Shown here piece by piece: positions 27,770 to 40,743 of a stretch of 64,000 nt of DNA. The position numbers and the translations under genes were made by a program. The DNA comes from Octopus vulgaris (Eukaryota): the NCBI GenBank assembly GCA_951406725.2, contig OX597818.1:123132001-123196000 (forward strand), given 5' to 3'. Positions within the stretch are counted from its first letter, which is position 1. The number at the start of each line of letters is the position of its first letter. Below the pieces are notes generated by a model. That model made no database searches, had not been told where the DNA came from, and worked only from the letters and a program-made list of their open reading frames with translations.

Positions 27770-28425
27770 GATTGTGGTAGCGGTGATGGTTGATTCAGTT
27801 GAAGTGAAGGTGAGGGTTTCGTACTGATGTTGCATGTCGTGGTAGTAACGGCGGTGATGGTGGTGGTAACGCTGATCTTAATGGTAGTAGTAGTAGTGAT
27901 GAAAGTGGTAGTGACAATCGTGGTGGTAGCAGTGAAGGTGGTAGCAGTGAAGGTGGTAGTAGAGGCGACAATGGTGACAACGGTGAGTGTGGTGGTAAAG
28001 GTGCTGGCGGTAGTTTCGGTCCACGCTTATTTTTGTTTTTTTTTATGTTGTTTTGGTTTTGAATTCTTTTTTGATTTGGAGCTTTTTATGTCTTCATAAT
28101 TGGCATTATTTTACGAATTTGGCAAGATCGTTAAAACGTCGGAAAATGCCTAGCGGTATTTCTGCAGGCTGTTTACGTTCTGAATTCATATTCCGCCTGA
28201 GTCAAATTTGCCTTTTATCCTGTCGATATCGATAAAGTAAGGTAACAGAATAGTACTAACAACCCTACCCTCAAAATTGTTGATCTTATACTTAAGTGAA
28301 AAAGAATTATTTTGTCAAGAACAATACAGATGCAGCATCTAGTTTCCAGAGCTATTCAGGTTTTTCAGATTTTTCGATGCAGTGATGGTAACCTTGGTCA
28401 ACATATTCTAAATTAAACAAATATT

Positions 28426-28736
28426 GTTTTGTTGTTTTCGTTCCTGATCGAGCCACGCCTGGCTCATGGGGCCAGTTTCCGGGTTTCCTTAGCGCATAGA
28501 TTCCCCACCTGGACGGGTCGGCGGTCCGTCGCAGGTGAGCTGCAAGGTGCAGGAGGAAAAAATGAGAGAAAGTTGTAGCGAAAGAGTCAGCAGAAGTTCG
28601 CTATTACCTTCTGCCGGAGCCTCGTGGAGCTTAGGTGTTTCGCTCGTCAACACACACATCGACCGGTCTGTGATTCGAACCTGCGATCAATCGACCGCGA
28701 GTCCGCTGCTCTAACCACTAGGCTATGTGCCTCCAC
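28426..28736 (-). mobile_element. tRNA-Arg-like SINE family R2 (R1-type head, V-domain-like body)
   Basis: Head GTGGAGGCACATAGCCTAGTGGTTAGAGCAGCGGACTCGCGG; body CCTGCGACGGACC..CCCGTCCAGGTG; degenerate TSD TAAACAAATATT (28414) / TAAGCAAGTATT (28737). Confidence 0.85.
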
Positions 28737-29139
28737 TAAGCAAGTATTAATTTTATTTAAATAATTTACTGAAAAACTGATACCTTAGTATAAAATGTAC
28801 AAGTTTATTAATACTAGTCTGTGAAAGCTATCAGTAAACTAGTCTGGTGGCTGCGGTAGTATGAAGCTCCTGTTTATAGATAGATTAGTGCGGATTACAA
28901 GAGATCCGGATCATCAGTGTCTGGATAGTCATTTAATTTTGTCGTTTGATCTCATTTGGATTTCGTTTTCTTTTATTTATTTATTGTTTGAATGTTTTTA
29001 ATTGCATGTTCAAAAAAAGACCTATTTACAAGGAACCTTTGATTGGTGGAAGTATGTGATGATATCCACCTCAAACGAGATCAACCTTGTACTTTTGCTG
29101 GACCAGGTGTTGGTGTCAAACCTGGAGAGGATTAAGTCA

Positions 29140-29950
29140 GTTGGTTGGTTGGTTGGTTGGCTGGTTGGTTGGTTGGTTGGTTGGTTGGTTGGTTGATTGG
29201 TTGGTTGGTTGGTTGGTTGGTTGGTTGGTTGGTTGGTTGGCTAGTTGGCTGGTTGGTTGGTTCGTTCGTTCGTTCATTGTTTGTTTGGTTGGTTGATTGG
29301 TTGATTGGTTGGTTTGTTGGTTGATTGGTTGGTTCGTTGGTTCGTTCGTTGTTTGGTTGGTTGGTTGGTTCGTTCGTTGTTTGGTTGGTTGATTGCTTGC
29401 TTGACTAGTTGATTCATTCGTTATTTGGCTGGTTGGTTAGTTGGTTGGTTGGTTCATTGGTTGTTTGGTTGGTTGATTTGCTGGTGTGTTGATTTATTGG
29501 TTGGTTAATGGTTCATGGTTCATAGGTTGGTTGATTGGTCGGTTGTTTAGTTAGATGACTCGATGATTAGTTGATTGTTTGGTTGGATGGTTGGATGATT
29601 GATTGGTTAGTTGATTGGTTGATTGGTTGTTTGGTTGGTTATCTGGCTGGTGGGTTGGTTTCTTGGTTAGTTTGTTGGTTAATGGTTGATTGGTTGGTTG
29701 ATTGATTGCTTGATTGATTGGTTGATTGATTGGGTGATTGGCTGATTGGTTGGTCGGTTGGTTAGTTAACTGGTTGTCTGGTTGGTTGGTTGGTTGTTTG
29801 GCTAATTGATTGGTTGGTTGATTGGTTTGTTGGCTTGTTTGCTGGTTGGTTTGCTGGCTGGTTGGTCGGTTGGTAGGTTGATTGGTTTGTTTGTTGGTTG
29901 GCTGGCTGGTTGGTTGGTTGGTTGGTTGGTTGGTTGGTTGGTTGGTTGGC
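29140..29950. repeat. ~800-bp degenerate (TTGG)n array
   Basis: Direct reading. Confidence 0.95.
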
Positions 29951-30425
29951 TGAGCAATCGATGAGTGATGTTACTTCTAGTGGAATTGGGTATCACAAAA
30001 TCGATGCCTCGCTTTCAATAATCATTACTTTATATAAAGAAACTAGGGACAAGAAGGAACACGACTAAAAGAAAAAAGGGGCCACGGAAAAGAACGAAAA
30101 TGTGGACTAGGATCAGCGATGAAGAGAAATGAATACTGTATGTGGGATACATCAGATGAAGAGAAGACAATCATTCTGTGCCCTAAAGGCACTTCTTATT
30201 CTTGGAAATAACGTATTTCAGGATCTGCAATGTTCCCGCATTAGAGTTTAATCCTCTGAATGTGGCTATTTACATCAATGATTCTGTTACGGAAGAATTA
30301 CGATGGCAAAAAGTTGTCGTAGCGTGAACTTCTAAAACACGGAACATCATTTTCAACGAAATTTATATTCATTAATTCACATGAGTGAGTGTGTGTGTGA
30401 GTGTATGTGTGCGTGTGTGTATGTA

Positions 30426-30477
<52 letters not shown>

Positions 30478-30565
30478 TGTGCATGTATATATAGGAATGT
30501 GCTGATATGTATGCACGTATATCATATGTATGTGTATGTGTGTGAACATATTTGTAAATACGTAT

Positions 30566-30607
<42 letters not shown>

Positions 30608-30808
30608 TTTGCAAACTTCATGTATACATATAAATGTGTGTATATGTATATATATATATATATATATATACATACATATATGTTTAAACACACACGCACG
30701 CACACACACACACACACAAACACACGCACACACACATATATATATATATGCATACATAAATACGAATATACATATATTCATATATACGCAGGTATAAAGA
30801 AACATGCA

Positions 30809-30867
<59 letters not shown>

Positions 30868-31315
30868 ACACCCACACACATACATACACAGATATAAGTT
30901 TAATAGATATAAAGCATGAAGTTAATTTAGAGGCCGTAAGAAGATAGAAAAATTGCTCTTTAAGATGCTATTGAGTTTACTGTTTAAGTTAATCCCTGAC
31001 TCTTCACCTCATCTCACAGTTAAATATCTTTGGTGCAACAGTCTATCTTTTATCATTGTATTCCTCTATACAGGAATGACAATAAGCAGATTTCTCTTGA
31101 TTCAATTTTTATTAGCTATTCAACTATAAAAGAAAATATCGTGTCTTTTATATTCTCTCGTGATGTGATTTTATAATCGGGTCATATTACATCGTAATAC
31201 TTAAAGGATATGGACAAAGAATTGCATAGATTAATTTTTTCCTGACATTTGGTTAGTTACTTAATTCTTTTTCAAGTGGCTGTGATTTTATGTATTTTAA
31301 TTCACACACACACAC

Positions 31316-31361
31316 AGCGTTTTACGAAAGTGTAGAGAATATAACATCAAACACACACACA

Positions 31362-31407
<46 letters not shown>

Positions 31408-31575
31408 CACACACATACACACACACACATGCAGATAGAGATATAGAGAGATAGATACGTACATACATACATAAATATAAGTATACATGTGTGTGTATGT
31501 GTGTGTTCGCATGTGTTTGTGTGTGTGCTTGTGTGTGTGTTTGATGTTATATTCTCTACACTTTCATAAAACGCT
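31316..31575. repeat. Inverted repeat with ~55-bp arms around a (CA)/(TG) interior
   Basis: AGCGTTTTACGAAAGTGTAGAGAATATAACATCAAACACAC... versus ...GTGTTTGATGTTATATTCTCTACACTTTCATAAAACGCT. Confidence 0.85.
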
Positions 31576-32234
31576 TTTAGAGAAACTATTTTCTAAGGTG
31601 TTAAGAAAAACTAAATTAAATTTTTGATGGAGAAAATCATTTTGTTTTTATTCAATTTTTTTTATTGCTATACTATATACTATTTGTGTGTGTGTGTATG
31701 TGTGTGTGTGTGTGCTTGCGTGGGCGTACGAATGAATGCGCGCATGCATGCATATGCGTATATATATACGCACGTACGTATGCATGTATGTATGCGAGTA
31801 TGTATGTGTTTGTGTGTATATTTGGTGGCCATACGCATTTCTGAATGTACGATTATATATTTATGTACGTCAGAGTGAATTTTTATCGACAAAAGGACAT
31901 TTACATTTATTTGATAATGCGTTACATAACACAGCTGACTCAAACTAATAGGTATGCACTCTGAGTGCTCAATTTGTTATGCCGCTGAAACACTGGTTTG
32001 AACTGCAGTTGAACATTTGATGTTCAGAGTGCCTTTCTGAAGAGGCTAGGAGTGATTTCTCCCTGAGCAGGTAGGTATAGATTAAAACAAAAATGAAAAG
32101 GCTAGCCATTTGGCAAGACTTGACAATGATATTTAATTTAGATATATGATATCTAAATTAAATATTGGGTCTATTATTTACATTATTTACATTTGCCGGA
32201 TATTTGCCCTAATCTTGTTTGTTGTTAATCTGAC

Positions 32235-32620
32235 CTTTGAGTTTCATTAACTTTTTAATCTGGTGTCTTCGCCATTTCAAATTCTTTCATGTAGGACTTT
32301 TCTAGATCTTCTTGGATTCTCTTTCTATCATAATCTCTGGTTATTTTCCTAAGTAATGAAGATAACCTCTCTTTGATTTCGTTATTTAGTTGATGTCTTT
32401 TCCAACGGTTGTAATGGATCCTCTCACTGACGAGGGCATGTCCTGCCCTTTCCACTACCCTTCTAGCTTTATATGAATCAACAGGTGTCATTATAGTCAA
32501 GCCAGGTGTATAAGCTTTGAGTCTCTACATCTACACAGGAAAGTTAGATGGTTTGAAAGACGATCTAGTTTTTGATGGAGCTTCTCTATATATCTCCATT
32601 GAAGTCTAATGTCACGCTAC
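32235..32620 (-). mobile_element. Penelope/Poseidon-type ORF N-terminal fragment
   Basis: KLDRLSNHLTFLCRCRDSKLI.PGLTIMTPVDSYKARRVVERAGHALVSERIH resembles the NHLxFLxRCRxxxLIPKGL PLE N-terminal motif; flanked by pieces of the same repeat as 60690-60885. Confidence 0.7.
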
Positions 32621-32635
32621 GTACTGATTAGATAA

Positions 32636-32750
32636 TACAGTTCTATATTTAAGAGATGAGGAATTATGTACATTATTTACAGATGGGGACAAATATCCGT
32701 CAAATGTAAATAATGTACATAATTCCTCATCTCTTAAATATAGAACTGTA
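32636..32750. repeat. Perfect fold-back with 46-bp arms built from PLE terminal sequence
   Basis: TACAGTTCTATATTTAAGAGATGAGGAATTATGTACATTATTTACA (32636-32681) and its reverse complement (32705-32750). Confidence 0.9.
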
Positions 32751-32754
32751 AATA

Positions 32755-34117
32755 TTGGGTCATCCCATAAACAATACGGTTGTTTTATACTTCTTTTATT
32801 TGCCAAAATTAAGATAAACCAAGTTCTTTTTTGATCTAAAATATACGCTTCTTCATTTTCTTCAATGCTATACCATCTATCTGTTAGATATGCAAGGCCC
32901 CTCTTCCAAAATTTCCTTATCCCTGACGAAAAATACACCTCCAGTACTACAAATCACCTGCTATATTTTATATATACATATATACATACACACATCCTCT
33001 GACCTCGTCTACAGAATTCATATTTTTTCCGTCCAAATAATTTTATGACCGCGGAATAACTGATAATGAGATGGGACAATGTCCGGCGAATATGGTGGGT
33101 GGAGCATAGATTCCCATTTAAACTGCTCCAGCCTTTGGAATGTCATGCTCGCTGTATGTGGCGGAGCATTATCCTGATGGAAGATCGGCGAGCTGCCAGA
33201 ATCGTCAGCACGCTGGATGAAATGCTTAGCAGTATTTCGCCTGTTACAACGTAGTGAGTTCAGTTTTCTCCGAGGTCGATTTTGCCTTTCATCTTTTCGG
33301 GGTCGATAAATTAAGTACCACTAAAACACTGGGGACGATGTAATCGATTATCTCCCTCTCCCAAATTTCAAGTATTGTGCCTATAGTAGAAAGAATTATC
33401 CTGATAAAACAACACCTTTCGTTTTCAAACCAAAGATGGTCGTTTATCTTCTAACGCTAACTTCAGCTGCTCATGCAACTCGCAATAAATCTCTTTTGTT
33501 ATACTTTGGTTTAGATTTAAATGTTCAAAGTGGACTCAAACAGATAACAACATCTTACGTGGGTGAAGACCTTCTTTAGCCTGGGGTGCCGGTGTAACTC
33601 CTTTCCCTACCCACTGTCTTCAGTGCTTGACATTATTATAGAGAACCCATTTCTCGTTGTCACCGGTCACTATTCACGTTAGACAGCACAGAAGGGCACA
33701 CGTTCATTCTCTGCGCGCAATTGGACTTGGAAATTTTGTGAAGAACACTAAATCCAACCTTCTCTGCTAATTCCTCCACAGTTACGATAGGATTTCGCTC
33801 CACCAGGGTTTTCTGGACGTCCTCGTCGAGCTCCACAGATCTTCCAGGACGAGGCTCGTCTTCTAGGCTGTAGTTCTGGCTCGGAATTTCTGGATCCACC
33901 GTTCAAACTGGCTTACGCTTATTGTTTGATCCCCATATACTGCATTAATATTTCTAGCATTTTCCGTTGTGTTGTTGCCATTATTAGAAACATAAAACAA
34001 AATATACTAAATATGCTCTTTTGTCACTTTCATTATAGCTTTGAAAAAATAACTGTTAAAATCGAACTGCACTCTTCAAAACTTGTGCTAAGAATAAATA
34101 CAAGGTAAAAGTAAAAG
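32755..34117 (-). mobile_element. Decayed mariner (DD34D) transposon with nested insertions
   Basis: LEDEPRPGRSVELDEDVQKTLVERNPIVTVEELAEKVG (HTH region), HQDNAPPHTA, HPPYSPDIVPS, KFWKRGLAYLTDRW; TIR-like TA|TTGGGTCATCCCATAA. Confidence 0.85.
33186..33394 (+). mobile_element. SINE family M inserted into the mariner
   Basis: Family head and core; TSD ATTATCCTGAT at 33168-33178 and 33395-33405. Confidence 0.85.
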
Positions 34118-34362
34118 CTTTTCCTCCTTTCGGGGTCGATTAAATAAGTACGAGTTACGCACTGGGGTCGATGTAGTCGACTTAATCCGTTTGTCTGTCC
34201 TTGTTTGTCCCCTCTGTGTTTAGCCCCTAAAGAAATAGGTATTATGTCTCTCTTTACATTCCGCCGAGGTCATCTTTGCCTTTCATTCTTTCGGCGTCGA
34301 GTCTATCTAATCGACTGGCCGCCTCCCCCAAATTTACGGGCCTTGTGCCTAGAGTAGAAAAG
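34118..34362 (+). mobile_element. SINE family M partial tandem bodies
   Basis: Two successive CCTTTCGG(G/C)GTCGA cores. Confidence 0.75.
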
Positions 34363-34456
34363 TATATGTAAGTATATATAAATATTTGCGTGTATGTGTG
34401 TACGAATCTCACACTCCCCCTCTCTCTCTCTCTCCCTCTCTCTCCCCCACTCTCCC

Positions 34457-34488
<32 letters not shown>

Positions 34489-34973
34489 GCGTGCGCGCGT
34501 GTGTGTATGTGTAGGTCCTACTCCTTTGCTGTTACATTTAAGTCATTGGAGTACGGCCACCACCAGAACGTCGTAATTTGTAAACCTACAAACATCTCAG
34601 TAAGCATTCATCAGCATTTTTCAATATTTATAGCCTCCATATTAGCCTACGTATTCAATAATTTCCATAAATAATCGCGTAAAAATACCTATTTAGCGTT
34701 TGTACATGGCCTGATTCTGTCAAAGCGGAATCGAGTCATGCACCACCAGGAAAATTCAGCAGACGAAACAGTACAATTTACATGGCACTACTTCGCAAGC
34801 GCAAAATGACTTTAGATGATTGAAAACTGTTTCGTACGAACCGAGATACAAATCACAAGAAATGAAGGAAAAATCGCGTTTAACATATTTATCTGTTTTC
34901 GAAATTACAGTTACCAGGAGTAAAACACACCTGCGTGTTAATAATAACTCGGGAACATTCAGTATAGAATGTA

Positions 34974-35016
<43 letters not shown>

Positions 35017-35242
35017 ACACACACACAAACATACGCACGCACATTATATCATACACACACGCACACAGGTTTATTTATATTGGACCTAATACATTCCAAT
35101 ACGGCTGAAGCGTTTGTATATACCGTTAACGATAAGGTAGGCAATTTAAAACTGCGACGTTATTCTACCTGATTAATATGGATCGGAGTTAATTGAATTA
35201 AACCACATCAAACGGACACGTCTGATATAATGTGTATGTGTC

Positions 35243-35299
<57 letters not shown>

Positions 35300-35300
<1 letters not shown>

Positions 35301-35490
35301 TCTGTTATTGGCTTCAGTCATTTGACTGCGGACATCTGGAGCACCGCATTAAGTAAAAAAATACGACCTCAGGACTTATCCTTTGTAAGCCTAGTACTTA
35401 TTCTATCGGTTTCTTTTGCTGAAATGCTAAGTTACGGGGAGGTAAACACACCAACATCGGTTGTCAAGCGATGGTGGGGAGACCACATAT

Positions 35491-35544
<54 letters not shown>

Positions 35545-35705
35545 ACGGACTTCTTTCAGTTTCCGTCTACCAAATCCACTCACAAGGCTTCCACTATAGC
35601 CTGAGGCTATAGTAGAAGACACTTCCCCAAGGTGCCATGCTGTGGAACTGAACCCAGAACCATATGGTTGAGCAGCAAGCTTCTTACCACACACCCAACC
35701 CAAGC
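35300..35705 (-). mobile_element. SINE family C
   Basis: Reverse complement of the family layout with internal (TA)n. Confidence 0.85.
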
Positions 35706-35712
35706 CTGTATG

Positions 35713-35766
<54 letters not shown>

Positions 35767-35802
35767 TACACACACATAGATATGAACTGTGTGAGTTTTT
35801 AT

Positions 35803-35840
<38 letters not shown>

Positions 35841-36382
35841 TCACGCATACACCTATGTATATATAGATATATACATATACATTCATACTTAATGCACACA
35901 CATAGTTTAATTCTGTATATATGTAATTGTTCATGTATATAAAGATGTGGTCAGGACTGCTTGTCTGTATATGTTTACATGTCTATGAAGATACGACTGT
36001 GCGTTTTGTGTGTTTGTCTGTGTAGGTGAATGTGTGTGTATGAGTGTGTAGGTGTGTGAGTATGTTGTGTGCGTGTGTGTTTGTGTGTGTGTGTAAGTGA
36101 ATATATACGCACTTATGAATATGCGTATATGCGAATGTATGTATGAATGTGTTTCCGTTTTTCCTGCAGAAATACATCACATGAATCGATATTAACTATA
36201 TTAGTATGCAGTTTACAATAGATGCTCCTACTTCAGTATTTCCCTGTTGCTACTCAGAAATATATACTTGGTGTCGCTGTTGGCGTTATGGTAGTTCATT
36301 TGATGGCTACTAGTCTAATTCTTCAACTTCTATTTACTTTGTTGCCATCCTTGTTCCTTCGTTGAATGACCTGCACACATAT

Positions 36383-36457
<75 letters not shown>

Positions 36458-36888
36458 TATATATATATATATATATATCTATATATACATACATACGTAC
36501 ATACATATACAAACACACACACACACATATGTGTGTATGTACGAAGGACTTTCAGTTTCCGTCTACCAAATCCACTCACAAGGTTTTGGTCGGCCCGAAG
36601 CTATAGTAGAAGGTTCTTGCTCAAGGTTTCACGAAGTGGAATAGAGTGGTGCCTTGGGTTATTCTTTTATATCTGAAGGTTGTCTAATTGAAAAGTAAAA
36701 AGAATCAAGTATCACCTAAACAAAGAGAAATGAGTTCTTAAGATAAAGTCCAGTTTTGAGTTTTATTTTCTATGGTCTCTCTCATCTATTTGGCTCAGTA
36801 GAATACCACCAAAATTGTGTTTCTACACAAAGCATCAAGAGCCAATTAGGGTAATGGAATCAGTCATTAGCAAAGTTTTACCTATAAT

Positions 36889-38011
36889 AGGAACTGAACT
36901 CAAAATTTCAAATTCATGAAATACTTGTTAATTATAGAAAGGTCTGCTGGCGACTGTTGCGGGATTTATCTGCAGGTCTGTCACAAACCTGTAGATTTAT
37001 CCCGGTTTATATAATGTACAATTGACCGAGAGGTTACTATTCTCCCTACCAACCCACGAATCGAAACACAACGCCCAGTCCATCCTAGAGTGAAATTCGA
37101 GTCCTTATCGCCGCCGCCCCAAACGCCCACGCCGCGGCGGCTTAGCCACTGCTACTGATGATAGTGCTCATTTTTAGTTAAATGAACTGAAGTAACGAGA
37201 AACAAAGTGCCTTGCTCAAGGTCACAAAGTATCTCCCGAACCAGGAATCGAAGCCACAACCTGATGATAGAGAGTCCAGTTGCTTAATAACTAAGTCACA
37301 CGCCCTCTGATTTAATTAAAACTGAATCCTATTTACAGTCACTTGGACTGTGTCATTTGATATTTAAATGTCTTCGCCATAGAAATCATAGATGCCTTAG
37401 AAGAATCATACTTAGCTGGTATTGATTGATGCAGTAAGCTACTACTAAGAAATCGACACAAAAGAAAACGCTTGATGCATCAAGCTTCAACCTAGCTACA
37501 AGGCTTTATATGAATTCACTATTTGAAAACGATATACTGTGATATATGAGATTCATTTCAAGTCGAAGGTAAACGTTCGTTTTTATCAAGGAATCATTGA
37601 AAAATTAGAAATTTTTAAAATAATTTTTGATAGTATTATTCCTATTTCGATTCCTGGTTCGGGAGATACTTTGTGACCTTGAGCAAGGCACTTTGTTTCT
37701 CGTTACTTCAGTTCATTTAACTAAAACTGAGCACTATCATCAGTAGCAGTGGCTACGCCGCGGCAGCGTGGGCATTTGGGGCGGCGGTGGCGACAGTGAC
37801 TCGAATTTCACCCTACGATGGACTGGCGTTGTGTTTCGGTTCGTGGTTTGGTAGGGAGAATAGTAACCTCTCGGTCAATTGTACATTATGTAAACCGGGA
37901 TAAATCTACAGGTTTGTGACAGACCTGCAGATAAATCCCGCAACAGTCGCCAGCAAACCTTTCTATAATTAACAAGTGTTTCATGAATTTGAAATTTTGA
38001 GTTCACTTCCT
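36889..38011. repeat. ~365-bp inverted duplication (36889-37252 / 37646-38011) of an old CORE/V-like SINE body plus adjacent sequence
   Basis: Arms are high-identity reverse complements; only the left copy continues into a tRNA-like head (37253-37310). Confidence 0.9.
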
Positions 38012-38488
38012 AGTTCGATTAGATTATTATTTCAGAACCAAGTCATTCCTATATTTTCACTCTCATGGTTATATCATCAAGCGAAATCCAACAGATGTAC
38101 ATGCAACATCGATTGTTTTACATTTATCGTAGATTAGGTTTCTGTACTGATATTGTTAATAATGAATCTATTTTCTGAGCGGCACGTTGTCGAAGGCAAT
38201 ATGTATGTTTTGCTAGTGGATATATGAATACAATTTCCGTTTATACGATATAACGCTACTATCTATATACTATTATTTTACCGATTTCTCTTCAACATCA
38301 GAAGAGAAAGCCTGTTAGTTTAAGCTATAAACAGGGACATGAATTGCGTAGCTTCGGGAGGAAATGGAATGGAATGATTAAAAAAACAAAAAAGTACACA
38401 CATCTTTTCTGTCTCTCTTCTGTACTCCGCCTCCACACACACGCACATGTATATACGTACTCATGCATGTATGTGTGTGTGTTTGTAA

Positions 38489-38561
<73 letters not shown>

Positions 38562-38603
38562 TATATATATATATATATATATACATACATACATACATAC
38601 TTT

Positions 38604-38635
<32 letters not shown>

Positions 38636-38649
38636 CATACATACATACT

Positions 38650-38716
<67 letters not shown>

Positions 38717-38719
38717 AAT

Positions 38720-40055
38720 AGTAAAAAGTGAAAAGACTACAGAAGGCTAGTTTTAAAAGGTTAAAAAATATATATTTGAGTCAATATGTCTGAAGAATAT
38801 TATAAATTTTTTTCTTACAATGACATAGTTTAGAAGAAATGACCGGTTTCGCGTTTAGCCTTTCAAATTTCTTACGTCGTTATGTTTATGTTGAGAAGAG
38901 TTATCGTTATATTATGTTGAAGAGAGTTCTAGATAAGGGGAGTTAATAAGTGATTTCTTCCGGTGTAAGGGAGATAATCGCTTAAAATTTTTGGCCTTTC
39001 CTTTGGGGTGAATTTCTCTGTATAAGTATGTTGGGATGGTTAAGTCTGGGCTTGTACTTTTCAATGAAGAATGTTTCCTTGTTTAGTCTAATTTGTGTTG
39101 GTGTTCCGATAGCACATTGGTAAAATGGAAAGATTAAAAATTGTGGTAGTAGTTGCTTTGCGCATTTCTCAATGTGCTCACTAAAAGGTATCATTCTGTA
39201 TTCTGGGAATGCAATCTGTTGTCGATGCAGTGTGCATCTACGTCTTAGTGATAGTCCCGTGGATCCTAAGTAGTCTTGGTGGCAGCCCGAGCATTTTATG
39301 ACATAAATTATGTTTTCAGAGGCACAAGTAAAATTAGATTTGATCTTGAATTTCTGTCCGTCTTTGAAGAGGAATTCTGATCCTTCTAGCAGGTTTGGAC
39401 ATGTTGCACAGTTCGGTCTACCACATTTTTTTACTTTTGCATCCGTAATTTCAGAAAGCAATTTTGCCTTTGTGAGAATCTTTTTAAGTGATTTAGGTTG
39501 TTTGTAGCTTTTAATGATTTAGTGTATGTTTAGAATTTCCTTTAATTTGGGGTCCTTATGAAGTATTGGTAAATTCTGGGTGATGATGGTGAAGGCTTCT
39601 TTGTTTCTGGGGTTGTATGTGGATATGTAAGGTAGTATTTTCTGGGAAGGTGTGTTGTTGTGTTGAACTTTTCTTAAAGTTTCTATGTTGATTTCTGTTG
39701 CACGTCTGATCCCATCCTCTATGAGTTGAGCTGGGTAATCTCTGTCAATTAGGATGTTTTTGAGTTCTTACCGTCTAAAGTTCCTGGTATTTTGTTCTGA
39801 CACTATTGTGCATATCCTTCTTGCAAGGTTGAAGGGGATGTTTGTTTTAGTGTGTCTTGGGTGGCATGAATTAAAAAGAAGGTATTGTTTGGCGTCTGTG
39901 GCTTTGTAAAATATGTCTGTTTCTATTTTAAGGTTATTTTTTTTAATTAGTATATCCAAGAATGGGAGCTCCTTTTGTTTGTATTCCATTGTGAACTATA
40001 TATTTGGGTTTATGCTGTTCAATAGGTTTTTAAATTTTAGGAGTTTATCTGTTAG
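38720..40055 (-). mobile_element. 5'-truncated Penelope-like element (Neptune-type): RT C-terminus, CxxC linker, GIY-YIG endonuclease, 3' region
   Basis: FTMEYKQKELPFLDILI..TDIFYKATDAKQYLLFNSCHP..IPFNLARRICTIVS; KCGRPNCATCP; FTCASENIIYVIKCSGCHQDYLGST..LRRRCTLHRQQI; one frame with a few stops. Confidence 0.92.
38834..38873 (-). ncRNA. Degenerate hammerhead-like motif in the 3' region of the PLE
   Basis: Minus strand: AAGAAAT TTGAAAG GC taaac GC GAAA CCGG TC ATTTCTT; 7-bp stem I, palindromic stem III, GUC triplet, U3-A8-type core, weak stem II. Confidence 0.5.
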
Positions 40056-40111
40056 TTAAAGTTAAAGAGAATTAAAGAAAGAGAGGGCCAATAAATGTGA
40101 GAGACGGATAT

Positions 40112-40199
<88 letters not shown>

Positions 40200-40411
40200 G
40201 GATAATATCGATATTTAAATATCGATATTATCAAGTGGCCAGCATGCGAAAAATACCATACAAAGGTAATAATTTTTTACAACTAAAAATAAGGGTGTCT
40301 GGGAGTGTCTAAGGGTGTCTTATCTCATGGTGCGATATGAACATTTAACGTGGTTTTTAGAATCAGGGATTTGACTGCTATTTCGGCATGGTGGTGTCCC
40401 TTATTTTTAGT

Positions 40412-40458
<47 letters not shown>

Positions 40459-40480
40459 ATGTGTGTGTGTGTGTGTGTGT

Positions 40481-40704
40481 GGCGAGCTGGCAGAAACGTT
40501 AGCATGCCGGGCGAAATGCGAGGCCGTATTTCGTCTGTCGTTACATTCTTAGTTCAAATTCCGCCGAGGTCGACTTTGCCTTTGATCCTTTCGGGGTCGA
40601 TAAATTAAGTACCAGTTTCGCACTGGGGTCGATGTAAATCGACTTAATCCCTTTGTCTGTCTTTGTTTGTCCCCTATATGTTTAGCCCCTTGTGGGTAGT
40701 AAAG

Positions 40705-40708
<4 letters not shown>
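40481..40708 (+). mobile_element. SINE family M within (TG)n/(TA)n
   Basis: Near-consensus head, core and tail. Confidence 0.9.

Positions 40709-40743
<35 letters not shown>

Noticed and set aside
37150-37275. CTGATGA motifs at ~37155 and 37261
   Set aside because: No stem II/GAAA/stem III arrangement; they lie inside a SINE
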